Below are positions 45,506-56,900 of a stretch of 64,000 nt of DNA, in pieces. Within the stretch, counting starts at the first letter, position 1. The number at the start of each line of letters is the position of its first letter. A program made the position numbers and the translations under genes. The stretch covers positions 1 through 64,000 of the forward strand of contig JAXMNT010000009.1 of the NCBI GenBank assembly GCA_034670305.1, written 5' to 3'. The notes beneath the pieces were generated by a model that was not told the origin of the DNA, ran no database searches, and was given only the letters and a program-made list of their open reading frames with translations. The DNA comes from Deltaproteobacteria bacterium (GTDB lineage Bacteria; Myxococcota_A; Polyangia; Polyangiales; Houyiibacteriaceae).

Positions 45506-47710
45506 ATGGAGCGCGTCGTCATGTGGCACCGCGTCTTCCCCCCGACGCGTGCCGAGTTCGACCGACCCGCGCGGATGCGGGCGTGGCTCGCCCACGTGCA
45601 GAAGCAGGTCACCGCCTACCAGGGACTCGCGATCGGGCAGATCGGCGGATCGGTGGCGGCCGTCTTCGAGCTGACCGAGCTCATGGACGCCGTCTCCGCG
45701 GGGTTGAGCCTCGTCGAGGATGCGGACGGGTTCGACGTGCCGGGCGGACTGCGGGTGGCGATCGGCTTGGCCACCGGTGAGGTGGATCTCTCGCAGAGCG
45801 CCGCGCTCGGCAGCGCGATCGATCGCGCCCAGCTGCTCGCCAACCGTGCCCGACGCGGTGAGCTGGTCGTCGACGCGACCACCCGGGACTTCGCCGCATC
45901 CGTCTTCCTGTTCGGACGCTCGGTGGGGACAGGGGCGGCGGCGTTTCGTGGATCGACGGTCGACCGCAACGTGCCTCGGCGGGCGACGTGCCGGGACGCG
46001 ATCGCACGGCTCGGGCGGGCGGGTGTGCCGCCGGTCACCGCGGAGCATCTGAGCCGGGTCGAGGCGATGCTGAAGGAGGATCGGTGTGCCAGCGTGGTGC
46101 TGCGTGGTCCGACGGGTGCCGGTGCGACCGAGTACCTGCGCGAGCTCGCAGCGCGCACCAAACCGACCTTGCAACTCCGGGTCGCGGGGGTGCCCGGTGG
46201 TCTCGAGCCGCTCGGGTCCCTTCGACTGGCGTTGCTGCGCAAACACCCTTCGCCGGCGGACGTGGCGGCGCGTCACGGCGAGGTACTCGGTGCGGTCGCA
46301 GGTGGACAGCCGCGGCCACTCGCGGAGATCCGGGACGCACTGACGACCATGCTCCACGGCGGGTGGATCGTGATGGACCCAGTGGCCGGCGTGGACTCGG
46401 TGACGCTGGAGGTGTTGCTGCAGGTTGCGCAGGCTCACGCGCCACGCCTGTGTCTGATGCGTTTGCCGATGGACGCCCCGCTCCCCGGCACCGTCGCAGG
46501 GCACACGTGGCAGGAGATCGTGCTGCCCTCGCTGCGGGGAGACGACGCCAAGGCGGTGGCCCGTGGTGTGCTCATCGGTGCCGACGAAGAGATCGTGCGC
46601 CGCGTCGCCGTGCTGGGCGGGGACACGGTCGTCGGCGTGCTCGAAGCGGCGCGCACGTTGGTCGCGGCCGGCGACTTGGTGTTCGACGGAAAGAAATTCG
46701 CTTGGCGGTCGAGTCCGCGGGCGGGGGTGCGCGGCATCCCACTCGACGATCTGCTCGAGGAGCGGCTGGGCGCTCTGGAAGAGGAGCCGGTGCGTTTGCT
46801 CGAGGCGATCTGCGCGATGCCGCAGGGCACGCCACGTCTGCTGGTGGCTGCGATCGCGGAGCGGGATGGGCTGGACAGCGACGTGCGGCTCGAGGCGGTG
46901 CTCAAGCTCGAGGCGGAGGGCTACGCGACCCGCGGCGATGTCTTGTCGCCCACCAGCGAAGCGCTCCGGCGCGTGACCTTGCGCCGAATGCCGCCCGCCC
47001 GTCAGGCCGAACTCTGCCGGTTTGCCGCCGACGCCATGCGCGCTTCGAGCGCCTACAGCGGCCCCCTCATCGGAGCGACCATTGGCTTCTACGTCGCGGA
47101 GGGCGGCGACCCGGACGCCGGCGCGCTCTTGCTGCTCGAAGCCGCACAAGCCGCCGCGGAGGCGGGACTCGTGGTGCCGGCCCGCAAGTTGGCGGCGGTG
47201 GCGGTGCAGCTGGATCCCCGCACCGAAACGCGTGGACGCGCGGTGGCGATCAGCCGCGGCGTGGCCGACGACGATCCACTGGACGATGGGCGTGTCTCCC
47301 AGGTCGCGATTCACGCGCTGCTGACCGGGGATCTCGAGACGCTCGAGCGAACCGTCGACACCGCCATCGCGGAAGGGCGGGATCTGGGGGCGGCGGACCG
47401 ACTTCGGGCGATGGCGCTGCTCGCCCGAGGCGATGTGCCGGGCGCGCTCGCTGCGTTTGGTCGCATGAAGAGCAATGCCGGCGACGATCCCAAGGCCCAC
47501 TCGATGGCGTCGCTGACCTACGCGTGGATCCAGCTCCACCTCGGGGAGCCGAGCAAAGCCATCCGAGCCGGCCTCGAAGCACTGGCTGCCTCTCGACGAA
47601 TTCGCGATCCGCGGGGAGAAGCCGCGGCGCTACACACCCTCTCGGCGTGTTTCCGCTCCGTAGACCGCCCGGAGGAGGCGGCGCGGGTCAGCGACGCGGC
47701 GCCCGACTGA
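45506..47710 (+). CDS. Degenerate class III nucleotide cyclase-like + degenerate AAA/STAND NTPase + TPR protein
   Basis: LRVAIGLATGEV...GSAIDRAQLLANRARRGELVVD (cyclase-like); VVLRGPTGAGAT (P-loop-like, no Lys); C-terminal ALAASRRIRDPRGEAAALHTL (TPR-like). Confidence 0.7.
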   Translation: MERVVMWHRVFPPTRAEFDRPARMRAWLAHVQKQVTAYQGLAIGQIGGSVAAVFELTELMDAVSAGLSLVEDADGFDVPGGLRVAIGLATGEVDLSQSAALGSAIDRAQLLANRARRGELVVDATTRDFAASVFLFGRSVGTGAAAFRGSTVDRNVPRRATCRDAIARLGRAGVPPVTAEHLSRVEAMLKEDRCASVVLRGPTGAGATEYLRELAARTKPTLQLRVAGVPGGLEPLGSLRLALLRKHPSPADVAARHGEVLGAVAGGQPRPLAEIRDALTTMLHGGWIVMDPVAGVDSVTLEVLLQVAQAHAPRLCLMRLPMDAPLPGTVAGHTWQEIVLPSLRGDDAKAVARGVLIGADEEIVRRVAVLGGDTVVGVLEAARTLVAAGDLVFDGKKFAWRSSPRAGVRGIPLDDLLEERLGALEEEPVRLLEAICAMPQGTPRLLVAAIAERDGLDSDVRLEAVLKLEAEGYATRGDVLSPTSEALRRVTLRRMPPARQAELCRFAADAMRASSAYSGPLIGATIGFYVAEGGDPDAGALLLLEAAQAAAEAGLVVPARKLAAVAVQLDPRTETRGRAVAISRGVADDDPLDDGRVSQVAIHALLTGDLETLERTVDTAIAEGRDLGAADRLRAMALLARGDVPGALAAFGRMKSNAGDDPKAHSMASLTYAWIQLHLGEPSKAIRAGLEALAASRRIRDPRGEAAALHTLSACFRSVDRPEEAARVSDAAPD

Positions 47711-47753
47711 AACGCTCGGCCGCCGGCGAGGTTTCTTTGCTACTCTGGATTCG

Positions 47754-48866
47754 ATGGGTTCACGCGAGTTTCCGCTCGACGACGTACGCGCAGACGGGTG
47801 GTTCGAGCGCCTCGGAGAAGGCGCGCCACACTTCTTGGACCTCTGCGAAGTCCTGAGTGAGCGCACGGTCGCGTTCGCGGTGGTCGCGGGTGTGCGCATC
47901 ACCTCCGTCGCGGTCGACCGACGGTACGTCGACGGAAGCGTGGTGAGCTTCACACTCGGGGACTCGCAGGACGAACACCAGCTTCCTCTCGGCGAGCTGC
48001 GCCGTCGTTTGTCGGCGAGCCTGATGGCACGCGAGCCTGGCCAAGACACACTGGCGGACAACCCGTCCGGCGAAGACATTCAGCGGTTCATCGGGTTCCG
48101 CTACCTGCTGCTCGCGCCGCTCTTCGGGATCTCGCTCGACGTGTTGCACGTGAGCGACGACGCCCCGCCGCGCGTGTCGATCTCGCTTGGTCCGGCATCG
48201 GACACGATCGCGCTCGACGAGTTGAAGGATCTGATTCACGACCGGGTGCGCAGCGAGGGCCGGACCCCTGCGTCGCCCTTCGCGATCGACCTGAACATCG
48301 TGCCGCGGGCGGTGACTGCGAACGAGCGCGGGAGTCACCAGGAGGTGGTCGAGATCCTCGGCTCGTGGCCGCAGCCCTTGTCGATGTTGCTTCGGACGGC
48401 CGAAGGCCAGCAGCTCTCGAACGACGTGAAGGGAACGCTGGCGCGCGCGCTCGGCATGCTCGGCGAAGCCTACGTGGAGCTCGGGAACTTCGACTGGGCC
48501 GAAGAGGTGCTTCGCCTCGGCATCCAATGGAGCCAGGAGCTGGACGACTCGTTCGGTGCCGACCTGTTCTTGACCTTGGGGCGCGCTCAGTTTCGGCGCG
48601 ACCGGCACGGACAAGCGATCGGGCTGTTGCGGCGCGCGCTTCAACTCGGGGCCGCCGAGAAAGACGTGTTGCCGATGCTCGCGGAGGTGCTGTCTCGCCG
48701 CGGCTGCACGCTGGCGGCGGCGGTCGTCGCGGAGCGCGCCTGCACTCTGGAACTCGAAGACGAACGGCGCGCGTCGGTGAGCGCGTTGCTTGGCGTCTGC
48801 ACGCAAAAGCTCGGGGAGCCTTGGACCAAGTTCCGGGAGACGGTTCCGGCGCCGGCTCCCTCGTGA
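47754..48866 (+). CDS. Hypothetical protein with C-terminal TPR repeats
   Basis: ALGMLGEAYVELG...AEEVLRLG; LFLTLGRAQ...AIGLLRRALQLG. Confidence 0.82.
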   Translation: MGSREFPLDDVRADGWFERLGEGAPHFLDLCEVLSERTVAFAVVAGVRITSVAVDRRYVDGSVVSFTLGDSQDEHQLPLGELRRRLSASLMAREPGQDTLADNPSGEDIQRFIGFRYLLLAPLFGISLDVLHVSDDAPPRVSISLGPASDTIALDELKDLIHDRVRSEGRTPASPFAIDLNIVPRAVTANERGSHQEVVEILGSWPQPLSMLLRTAEGQQLSNDVKGTLARALGMLGEAYVELGNFDWAEEVLRLGIQWSQELDDSFGADLFLTLGRAQFRRDRHGQAIGLLRRALQLGAAEKDVLPMLAEVLSRRGCTLAAAVVAERACTLELEDERRASVSALLGVCTQKLGEPWTKFRETVPAPAPS

Positions 48867-50806
48867 CCGCCGCCTCCAGTCCGCGCCTCGCGGCGGTGCG
48901 CGCGCCGCGCTTCGACGTGCGCATGCGCTCGGGTGCGGCGCAGCTCGTCTTGTCGGAGCCGTATGTCGGATCGGGCTTCCGCATTCTGGAGATGACCGCG
49001 GAGGTCGAGCTCACCGCGGGCGTGTCCTTCACCGGTGGGTCGCGGCACTTTCGTTCCGCGGCTTCGGTCCTGCGCTCGGCCGTGGTGCGTTTGCAGCCCA
49101 CCGCGTGGTTGCCGCACGACTGCACGATCGATCGGCTCGACGGCGAGATCGGCGCCGCGATTTTTGACAAGGACGGAGCGGTCGCGTGCCGGCTGCTGCC
49201 GCACTTCGAGGGTCCCGATCTGCACCTGCATGTCGCATCGGCGGACTGGGTGCGCGCGTCTGGGGAGAGCGCGATCGAACGCATCAACGCGGTCGGACGC
49301 CGGCTCGGGCTGCTGACCCACGACGCCACACACGCGCTGATCGTGCGCCGCCCCCTGCGGGCGATTCTGGCCGAGGCCCTCCTGCCGCATGGATGGCGGC
49401 TGCCGGACGAGCGGTCCGTGGGCTTCGCACTCGAGCTCGGTGAGGCGTGGACACTCGTCGCGCGCGGGGCACCCAAAGATGGCTCGGTACACGTGCCGAC
49501 CCTGGTCGGGGCCGCACTCGAAGCGGCCGCGTTGCCACCCGCCGACACCGAGAGCGGCGGGTTCGCGCGGAGCCTCGAGTCGATCCGCGACGGATCCGAT
49601 CCCCCCGACACCGTGGTGGTGCGAAGCCTCCGAACCCAGTCGCATGCCCTGAGCCCACAGTGGTTGCGCGCCGACGGACAACTCGCGCTGGCCGAGATGC
49701 TGGTTGGACATGGCGACGACGTCACCGGCCTGGTGCTCGATGCGCTCGCGGCCCTGCCCCGCGACGCCCTGCGCTGGTCGGCCTGGGTCGCGCAACTCGC
49801 GGAGCGTGGGGACGCCGATGCGCTTCGCATCGCCGACATGGGACTCACCGGTCCGTTGCCGCGCACGACCCGCGCGAAGCTCGTGGCGTCGGCGGTGCTT
49901 GGGTTGTGTCGAAGCGATGGGGCATGGACCGAGGCGATCGAACGACTCGCGGAGCGGGTGGTGGAAGCCGCGACCCAGTTGCATCCGACCCTTCCGGAGC
50001 TGGTGGCGGCGGACGCTGCGCTGCGGCATCGCGCGGGCGACCTGCTTCAGGCCGCGCGTGGGTTCGAGCGTGCCGCCAAGTTGATGGGCCAGCACGGAAC
50101 CGACACCCATCGCGCCGGCGAGTGGCGGCGGCGGGCGGCCGAACTCTGGCTCGGACTCAAGGGGCCAGCAGCTGCGGAGCCCCTGTTGCGTCAGGCGCTG
50201 CTCGACATGGGCAACGTACCGACCCTCGTGGCGGATCTCGCGCTCGTCTTGGCCGAGCGCGGGGAGCGCAGCGAAGCGGAAGAGCTCTTCGCGCGCTTGC
50301 TCCGCCTGCCTCCCGAAACCGAAGGCATGCGCTCGGCGCTCTTGGCCGCGGTGCGGCACCACGTGGAACGGGGCGGCGCCGATCGCGCCCGCCCGTTCTT
50401 GACGGCACTCGGAGACGACGCGGTGATCGAGGGCCTGGACGCGGAGGAGTTCCCAGAGGATCTGGAAGACGACGAAGAAGACGAGCGCGCCGACCGCTTC
50501 GACTCGGACGTGGCGTCCATCGTCGCGCAGATCGAAGCGCCACGGTCGCTCGTCTCGCCGGTCTCGCCGGGACCCCAGGTCACGGTGGTGTCGGTGGCCG
50601 ACGACGAGGTGCGCGCGCTCCTCGAACAAGCGTCCGAGTTGTCCGACGCCCGTGGACTGCTCGAGGGGGCGCTGGAGCAAGCGCTGGAAGAAGCAGACGT
50701 CGAAGGCGTGCGCCGGGTGATCCGGGTCATCGAGCGGCTCGGCGACTTCGAAGGAAGCGACTCGTTGAAAGACCGCGCCGAACGTTTGCTGCAACGTTTG
50801 GAGTAG
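48863..50806 (+). CDS. Hypothetical helical/TPR-like protein, about 647 aa
   Basis: GTGA overlap with the upstream stop; TPR-like AEPLLRQAL...LALVLAERG..SEAEELF; acidic patch EEFPEDLEDDEEDE. Confidence 0.72.
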   Translation: MTAASSPRLAAVRAPRFDVRMRSGAAQLVLSEPYVGSGFRILEMTAEVELTAGVSFTGGSRHFRSAASVLRSAVVRLQPTAWLPHDCTIDRLDGEIGAAIFDKDGAVACRLLPHFEGPDLHLHVASADWVRASGESAIERINAVGRRLGLLTHDATHALIVRRPLRAILAEALLPHGWRLPDERSVGFALELGEAWTLVARGAPKDGSVHVPTLVGAALEAAALPPADTESGGFARSLESIRDGSDPPDTVVVRSLRTQSHALSPQWLRADGQLALAEMLVGHGDDVTGLVLDALAALPRDALRWSAWVAQLAERGDADALRIADMGLTGPLPRTTRAKLVASAVLGLCRSDGAWTEAIERLAERVVEAATQLHPTLPELVAADAALRHRAGDLLQAARGFERAAKLMGQHGTDTHRAGEWRRRAAELWLGLKGPAAAEPLLRQALLDMGNVPTLVADLALVLAERGERSEAEELFARLLRLPPETEGMRSALLAAVRHHVERGGADRARPFLTALGDDAVIEGLDAEEFPEDLEDDEEDERADRFDSDVASIVAQIEAPRSLVSPVSPGPQVTVVSVADDEVRALLEQASELSDARGLLEGALEQALEEADVEGVRRVIRVIERLGDFEGSDSLKDRAERLLQRLE

Positions 50807-50809
50807 CGG

Positions 50810-52237
50810 GTGTCCGTGGCTGCGTACGCTCCGATCCGGCGTTTGCGGGGCCCCTGCGTCCTGCTCTTGGTCGTCGGATGCAGTTGCGGGTCGCCGCCTG
50901 GCATGGACGCATCCGTGGACGCGGGGGCCGACGCGCGCCGCGATGCGCCGCCGCCCACGTGTACCGAACGTGCCGTGCCGCCCCGACCGCTGGGAACATG
51001 CGTCGGCGACGCCGAGTGCGGTGCCGAGATCTGTCGCCGCGCCGAGACCGAAGGTGAGGTCGCCGTCATGGAGTGCGGCCCGGGCATCGGCGGCGGACCG
51101 GGGGTCTCGTGTACGACCGCGGCCGAGTGCGCGCATGGCCTGTGCGCGGCTTCGGGGCGCTGCGTCGTCGCGTGCACGGACGACGCAGCGTGCGCCGAAG
51201 CGCAGCGGTGCACCCAGACCTGGGTGCACGCCGGTCCCGACGCGATGCAGCGCGCCACGGTCTGTGTGCCGCGGCGTGCCTTGCCAGCGGCGGTGGTCCC
51301 CGCATTCGAACCGCAGGGGGCGGCGGACGACTGGACCTTGCCGGCGGGCTTCGCGTTTCATGTGCTCGAGCCCGCGTGCGTCGAGCGGCCCGCCGCGGTG
51401 TCGTTGAGCGTAGGAGACGCCGTGATCTGGTCGGGGCGACCGGGCGACCCGAACCCGCTCTTCGCACGCAGCGGCAGCCCGCTCTGCGTGCAGCTGCCGT
51501 CGGGCGATGCGCCGACCCCGTCCGGAGCGCTCTCGTTGCGTTTCGATCGGTCCGCCGGAGGCATGCGCACCTCGCTTCCTTCCGGGGCCGGTTCGGTGCT
51601 GGACCTGGACGTGTTCTACCTCGGTGGCGGAGGGTTCGCAGCCACCGGCACCCGCGGACCACCGGAGTTGGCGGCGGCGCTCGGGCGGCTCGAGGAGATC
51701 TTCTCCGCCGCGGGCATCTCGGTCGGGGACGTCCGCCAGCACGACATCACCGGAACACCCCGGACCCGTTTGCAGATCCTTGAAGGCGAACGGGGCGACC
51801 TGCCGGAGCTCGCCGAGTTGTTCTCCCTTGGCGCGGGGCTCTCGGAGCCTGGGGTGTCGCTCTTTCTGGTGCGGGACATCGACTTCCAGCTCGCGGTCAG
51901 CGGAGGGATCCCCGGGCCCCTCGGGCATCCGGGCATCGACAACTCAGGGGTCGCGATCGCGGTGGATGCGATCGGTGCCGACCTCGGGCGCGTCATGGCG
52001 CACGAAGTGGCGCACCACCTCGGACTCTTCCACCCCACCGAGTTCGACGGCACGGTGTTCGAGGGATTCGCCGACACGCCGGTGTGCACCGATGCAGACG
52101 GCGACGGGCTCTTGTCCGCGACCGAGTGTGTGGGTGCGGGGAGCGAGAACCTGATGTTCTTCTCCGCCGACGCGACCGGCACCGAACTCAGCCCGAGCCA
52201 GCGCGCGCAGCTGCGTCGCGCCCCCATCCTCCGTTGA
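50810..52237 (+). CDS. Cys-rich lipoprotein with a metzincin-type zinc metalloprotease domain
   Basis: Lipobox-like VVGC; Cys-rich CxxxxxC repeats; HEVAHHLGLFH zinc motif; NLM Met-turn. Confidence 0.85.
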   Translation: MSVAAYAPIRRLRGPCVLLLVVGCSCGSPPGMDASVDAGADARRDAPPPTCTERAVPPRPLGTCVGDAECGAEICRRAETEGEVAVMECGPGIGGGPGVSCTTAAECAHGLCAASGRCVVACTDDAACAEAQRCTQTWVHAGPDAMQRATVCVPRRALPAAVVPAFEPQGAADDWTLPAGFAFHVLEPACVERPAAVSLSVGDAVIWSGRPGDPNPLFARSGSPLCVQLPSGDAPTPSGALSLRFDRSAGGMRTSLPSGAGSVLDLDVFYLGGGGFAATGTRGPPELAAALGRLEEIFSAAGISVGDVRQHDITGTPRTRLQILEGERGDLPELAELFSLGAGLSEPGVSLFLVRDIDFQLAVSGGIPGPLGHPGIDNSGVAIAVDAIGADLGRVMAHEVAHHLGLFHPTEFDGTVFEGFADTPVCTDADGDGLLSATECVGAGSENLMFFSADATGTELSPSQRAQLRRAPILR

Positions 52238-52263
52238 GGGTCAGCCGCGTCCGCCAATGGTGG

Positions 52264-52737
52264 TCAGCAGCGTCCGCCGTCGCGCAGACACACACCCAGA
52301 GCGACGAGGGACAACGCGACCACCCCGCCGATCACCACAAGCGCGTAGACCCATCCCGACAGCAGGTTCCGGCGGCCTCCCGAAGACTCCCTTCCGACGG
52401 TCAGGAACTGGGTGTCCGCCAGCGGACAGGGGCGTCCGTCCAGCGCCGCCCGGACTCCGTCCTCGTCGAGCATCTGGAGCGGGGTGCGGAGCGAACACCC
52501 CTCGATCAGCGTGCCGACATCCAACCTCAACGGGGACTCGCCGAGTACGTTCTGGTCGGCGAGCACCTCCCGGGCGAGCGAGAGCCGCACCCGCGCGCCG
52601 TTGGTCGCGCTGACCCGAATGTGTTGGTCTTCGCGCAGCTCGTCCAGACGTCGGGCGACGTGCGACTGGGCCACGTGAACCTGCCCGCTGGCGCACCCGA
52701 CCGAGCCCGCGAGCAGGACGACCCACCAGCGGTTCAT
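52264..52737 (-). CDS. Small lipoprotein with a C-terminal TM helix
   Basis: MNRWWVVLLAGSVGC lipobox; C-terminal WVYALVVIGGVVALSLVALGV; ATGA overlap with the upstream gene. Confidence 0.65.
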   Translation of the reverse strand: MNRWWVVLLAGSVGCASGQVHVAQSHVARRLDELREDQHIRVSATNGARVRLSLAREVLADQNVLGESPLRLDVGTLIEGCSLRTPLQMLDEDGVRAALDGRPCPLADTQFLTVGRESSGGRRNLLSGWVYALVVIGGVVALSLVALGVCLRDGGRC

Positions 52738-53582
52738 CCTGCGATCCGTGCACCGAGGTGCCAGATCTGGTCGAGCTCCGGCATGGACGCGGCGAACCGT
52801 CCGAAACCCTCGACTTCCAGAAAGACGCTTCCTTCGAGTCGATATGGGATCTCGAGCGGGGGCCGTCTTCCCGAGCGGATCTCCCCCACTGCGTCCACGA
52901 GCACGCGCTGGAGGATGCGGAGCAGTGGGCCTGCGGCGACCTCCAAACGAAACACCACGGTCATCCGATCGTTGGCCGCGAGGGTTCGGACACGCAGATC
53001 CTCCATGCGCCGTTCGCCCCGGGCCACGTCGAGCAGAAACCCGGCGCTCGCCGTGGCGAAGGCGCCCATGTCGCGAATCGTGTCGTCGTCGACTTCGCAG
53101 GCCCGTTCCCGATCGCAGTCACGAGGGACGGTTTCCTCCGCCTCGGATCCGCAGAGCGCCACGCACACCGCCCCGAGGTTCTCTCCTTCGGCTTCGGTCG
53201 CCCCAGGAAACGCCGTGAACGCGAACAGCGCGCTCACGAGGGGAACCGGCACCGCGGCGCGGTTTTGAACCTCGAGCTCCACATCGAAGACGAAACGCAG
53301 ATCCGCATCGGACACCGCAGGTCCGAACGCCCGGCAGACGAAGGGGAGGGCCAGCTGGTCGCAGAGCCAGCGTGCGACCTGCGCGTCGCTCGGCGCGGAC
53401 TGCAACCGCGCGCCATGGGCGTAGACCTCCGGCGGCGTGGGCGCTGTGCCAGCGAGCCCGGCAGGCAGTGTGGATCCTGGGAATCCGATGCCGGCACAGG
53501 CGGACAGCAACGTGAGCGCCATGCAGGCGGGCCCGACGACCCGCGGTGGGAGGCGTGTCTGGCCAATCGTGGTCCGTCCCAT
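52734..53582 (-). CDS. Lipoprotein, LEA_2/WHy-like fold
   Basis: LTLLSAC lipobox; FDVELEVQNRAAVPVPL and IPYRLEGSV resemble LEA_2 strands. Start uncertain. Confidence 0.65.
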   Translation of the reverse strand: MGRTTIGQTRLPPRVVGPACMALTLLSACAGIGFPGSTLPAGLAGTAPTPPEVYAHGARLQSAPSDAQVARWLCDQLALPFVCRAFGPAVSDADLRFVFDVELEVQNRAAVPVPLVSALFAFTAFPGATEAEGENLGAVCVALCGSEAEETVPRDCDRERACEVDDDTIRDMGAFATASAGFLLDVARGERRMEDLRVRTLAANDRMTVVFRLEVAAGPLLRILQRVLVDAVGEIRSGRRPPLEIPYRLEGSVFLEVEGFGRFAASMPELDQIWHLGARIAG

Positions 53583-53923
53583 GGGCGGCATCCTGCCTGG
53601 CAGTCCGCAGTTCGGCCAGGCGGGTGCACAGACGGACGGGTGGGCTGTGTGGGCTCTGTGCCGAATGCCGCTCCCCGCGCCAGGCGAGAGATGCTGATCA
53701 TCGGCGCGTAAACTTTCAGTGAGCACGGACGCCAGCTGCTCTGCGAACCCTCGAAAACGGCTGCGGACCTTCGCGACGCCTTCCTCATGCACGTCGAGCC
53801 ACGCGAACCGAGGGCGGCCCCTGTACGCTGCGCGATTATCGCGGACAACAACCGAACTCATTCTTGATATCCTCGCGCGCCCCCGAAGCATCGGGTGCCG
53901 GCCCACACAGTGCGGATGAGGCG

Positions 53924-56900
53924 ATGATGGACAGCGAAGAGCAGGAAACGACCGAAACGGGAACGCCCGTCGACGAGACATTCCAAGCAGCCGCGGCTCA
54001 GGCGCGCCAAGACCCATCGGACGACGCGGCGTGGGACGCGCTCGAAGACTTCGCTGCGTCGAGTCAGCGCCCGGACGAAGTCGGGGCGCTGTACCGCGAG
54101 GTGCTCCAGGGGCCGCTGCCGGATGGGGTGGCGGCGTCGCTTTCGGAGCGGGTGGTGCAGTTCCACGAAGAGTGGTTCCGCGAAGACTCGCCCCAGCTGA
54201 TCGAAGCGCTGCGCTGTGTGCTGCGCGTCGACGAAGGAAGCGCCGACTGGGCCTTCCAGCGGCTCACGGTGCTCTTCAGCGTCGCTGAGCGCTGGGACGA
54301 ACTTCTCTCGCTCTACGACGACGAAATCCAAAGCGCGAGCGACCCGGCCCGCAAGGTCGCGCTTCTCGAGGAAGCGGCACAGTCCGCGAAGGACTTCGCG
54401 TCCGATCCGGATCGAGCGATCGGTTACCTCAAACAACTGCTCGTGCTGCGCCCGAAAGACAAGCAGCTCGTGTCGAGTCTCGAACGACTGCTCGATCGGC
54501 AGTCTCGGTTCGACGATCTGGTCGAGCTCTGGCGAGAGCAGTTGGGCCGGCGCAAGGGCGGGCCGGCCCGGACGCTCAAGTTGCAGATTGCGCGCACGCT
54601 GGCCTCGAAACTCGGCCGCGTCGGTGAGTCGATCGAAGTGCTCGAAGACCTGCTCGACGATCCGAAAGCGGACACCGCGCCGATCCTCGAGATGCTGGAG
54701 AACTTCTCGAGCGACGAATCGCTCGACGCGGATCCGCGGCGCGCCGCGCTGACGATTCTCCGGGCCCGCTACGCGGAGGAAGGCCGCCCGTCTCAGGTCA
54801 TCGCCACGCTGGGCACCGCGCTTGCGCTGGCCGGTACCGACGAGCGCATCGCGCTCCACCGCGACGCTGCCGAGCGCCTGGTGCAGGGCGGTGATCCGGG
54901 CGCAGCGATGGAACACTTCGGTGCGATGATTGCGCTGGACGCGCAGGACGAGTCCGCGCTCGAAGGGTTGCGCGCGGCCGGCATGGCCGCAGGCCAGGAG
55001 CGTCGCATCGTCGACTTCCTCGTCGAGGCCGCGGACCAAACCGAAGACACCGCGTTGAGCGCGCCACTCCGACTGGAAGCGGCGCAGCGACTGAGCGCGC
55101 TGGGCGAGTCGCCCGCCGCGATTCCGCAGCTCTCGATCCTGACGGCAGAGGGCATGCCCGCGGACGTGGCTCGTGAGGCGGCCCGCCAACTCTGCGCCGA
55201 ACTGCACCAAGCGGAGCGCAGCGAAGAAGAACTCGCGGCGCTCGAACGGCTGGCACAGCTCGAGGACTCGGAGTCGCGGCGTCGAGAGGCGCTCGGAAAC
55301 GCAGCACGGCTGGCGAACGCGCTCGGCAACACCGACCGCGCGCTCGGGCTCTGGGAGTCGCGCCTCGCGACGAACGCGAACGACGACGAAGCCCAATCGG
55401 CGATCATCGATCTGCTCGCGCAGGAAGGGCGGTTCGGGGAGCTCATGGCGGCGCTTCGTCGTCGCATCGCCACCTCGACCAGCGTGTGGAGCCAGCGGGC
55501 GGACCTCGTGCGCATCGCACGCGTCCTCGCGGCCGACGTGGACCAACCCGCCGACGCGATCGCGACGTGGAACGAAGTGGGTTCGGCGTACGGCGAAGAC
55601 GCGGAAGTCTCCAACGCCCTCATCGAACTCTACGAGCGGACCGAACGGTTCGACGACATGGCCGATGTCATCGGCCGGGCAGCCGCCCGCGAAGAACCGC
55701 ACGTCGCAGACCTGCGTGCGCGCGAAGGCGACCTGCGGGCCCAGCGCCTGGGCGACCCGAGCGGCGCGCTCGATTCCTACCGGCGCGCGCTCGAAGCGTT
55801 TCCCGAGCACGGCGAGGCCCGCGCGGGGCTGGCGCGGCTCTGCGACCACGAGGACGCTGGCATTCGAGGCCGGGCCGTGCGCGCGCTCGCGACGAGTTAC
55901 GAACTCACCCACGAGTGGGCGCCGCTCATCGCGTTGCTCGAGCATCGACTGGCCGTCGCCGAAGACGCGCCGACGCGCGCGAAGCTCCTGCGGGACGCAG
56001 CGACGATCGAAGAGCGGGAGTCCGAGGCACCGGAACCCGCTCTCGCCCTGTTTGGGCGCGCGCTCGAACAACAACCGGAGGACACCCGGCTCGAAGCCGA
56101 GGTGCTTCGTCTGGCGGAGTCGACCGAAGCGTTTGCGGTGGCCGCAGACGCCTTCCGGGCCGCAGCCGCCGCGGCGGCGGGTCCCAGGCGGGCGCACCTT
56201 CGTTCGCTCGAAGCGCACCTGCGCTCTGAGAAGCTCGGCGATGCGGCCGGTGCGCTCGACGCAGCCCTCGGTGCGCTCGATGCGGACCCGTTGCGCGAGT
56301 CGTACGCGGACCACGTCGTGGCGCTGTGCCAGACGAGCGATGCCCGCGTCGAAGACGTGCTGCGCCGGGCGGCGTTGGCACCGAACGCGCCGCCCGCCCA
56401 CATGCGGCGGCTCCTCACCGTCGAGCGATTGGCCGAAGACGCCGACCTCTTCGCGACCCTTTGGGCGATCGCTGGCCGCGACGTGCGCGACCTGGACGCG
56501 TTGCACGAGGCCGCGCTCATCGCGCCGGAGAGTCGGAGCCGAGAGGTGTGGCAGACCCTCTTCGAACGGGCTTCGATCGCGTGGCGCCGTGGAGAAACCG
56601 GCTCCGGCGAGCGCACCCCCTCGGAGAGCACCATCGCTGCGGCGGATGCGCTGCTCGCCCAGCACGACGCCGCAGAGCGGGCCCAGGAGGCCATCGCGCT
56701 GTTGATCGAGATGTCGCGCCTACCGATGTCGGTCGAGGACTCGATGGCGCGCCGGCTGCAGGCCGCGGAGCGCGCTCGGGCCCTCGGCGATCGTGCGCAG
56801 GCGATCGATCTCTACCGCGACGCGTTGCAGTTCGGCGGCGAGAACGCCGACGCGCTTCAGGGTCTTGGCGATCTTCTGGCCGAGGAGAACCGGAGCGCCG

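Noticed and set aside
53583-53923. 340-bp divergent intergenic region as an ncRNA or extended CDS (ORF to 54017)
   Set aside because: No recognisable RNA motif; the ORF extension overlaps the giant TPR gene start and lacks coding character.
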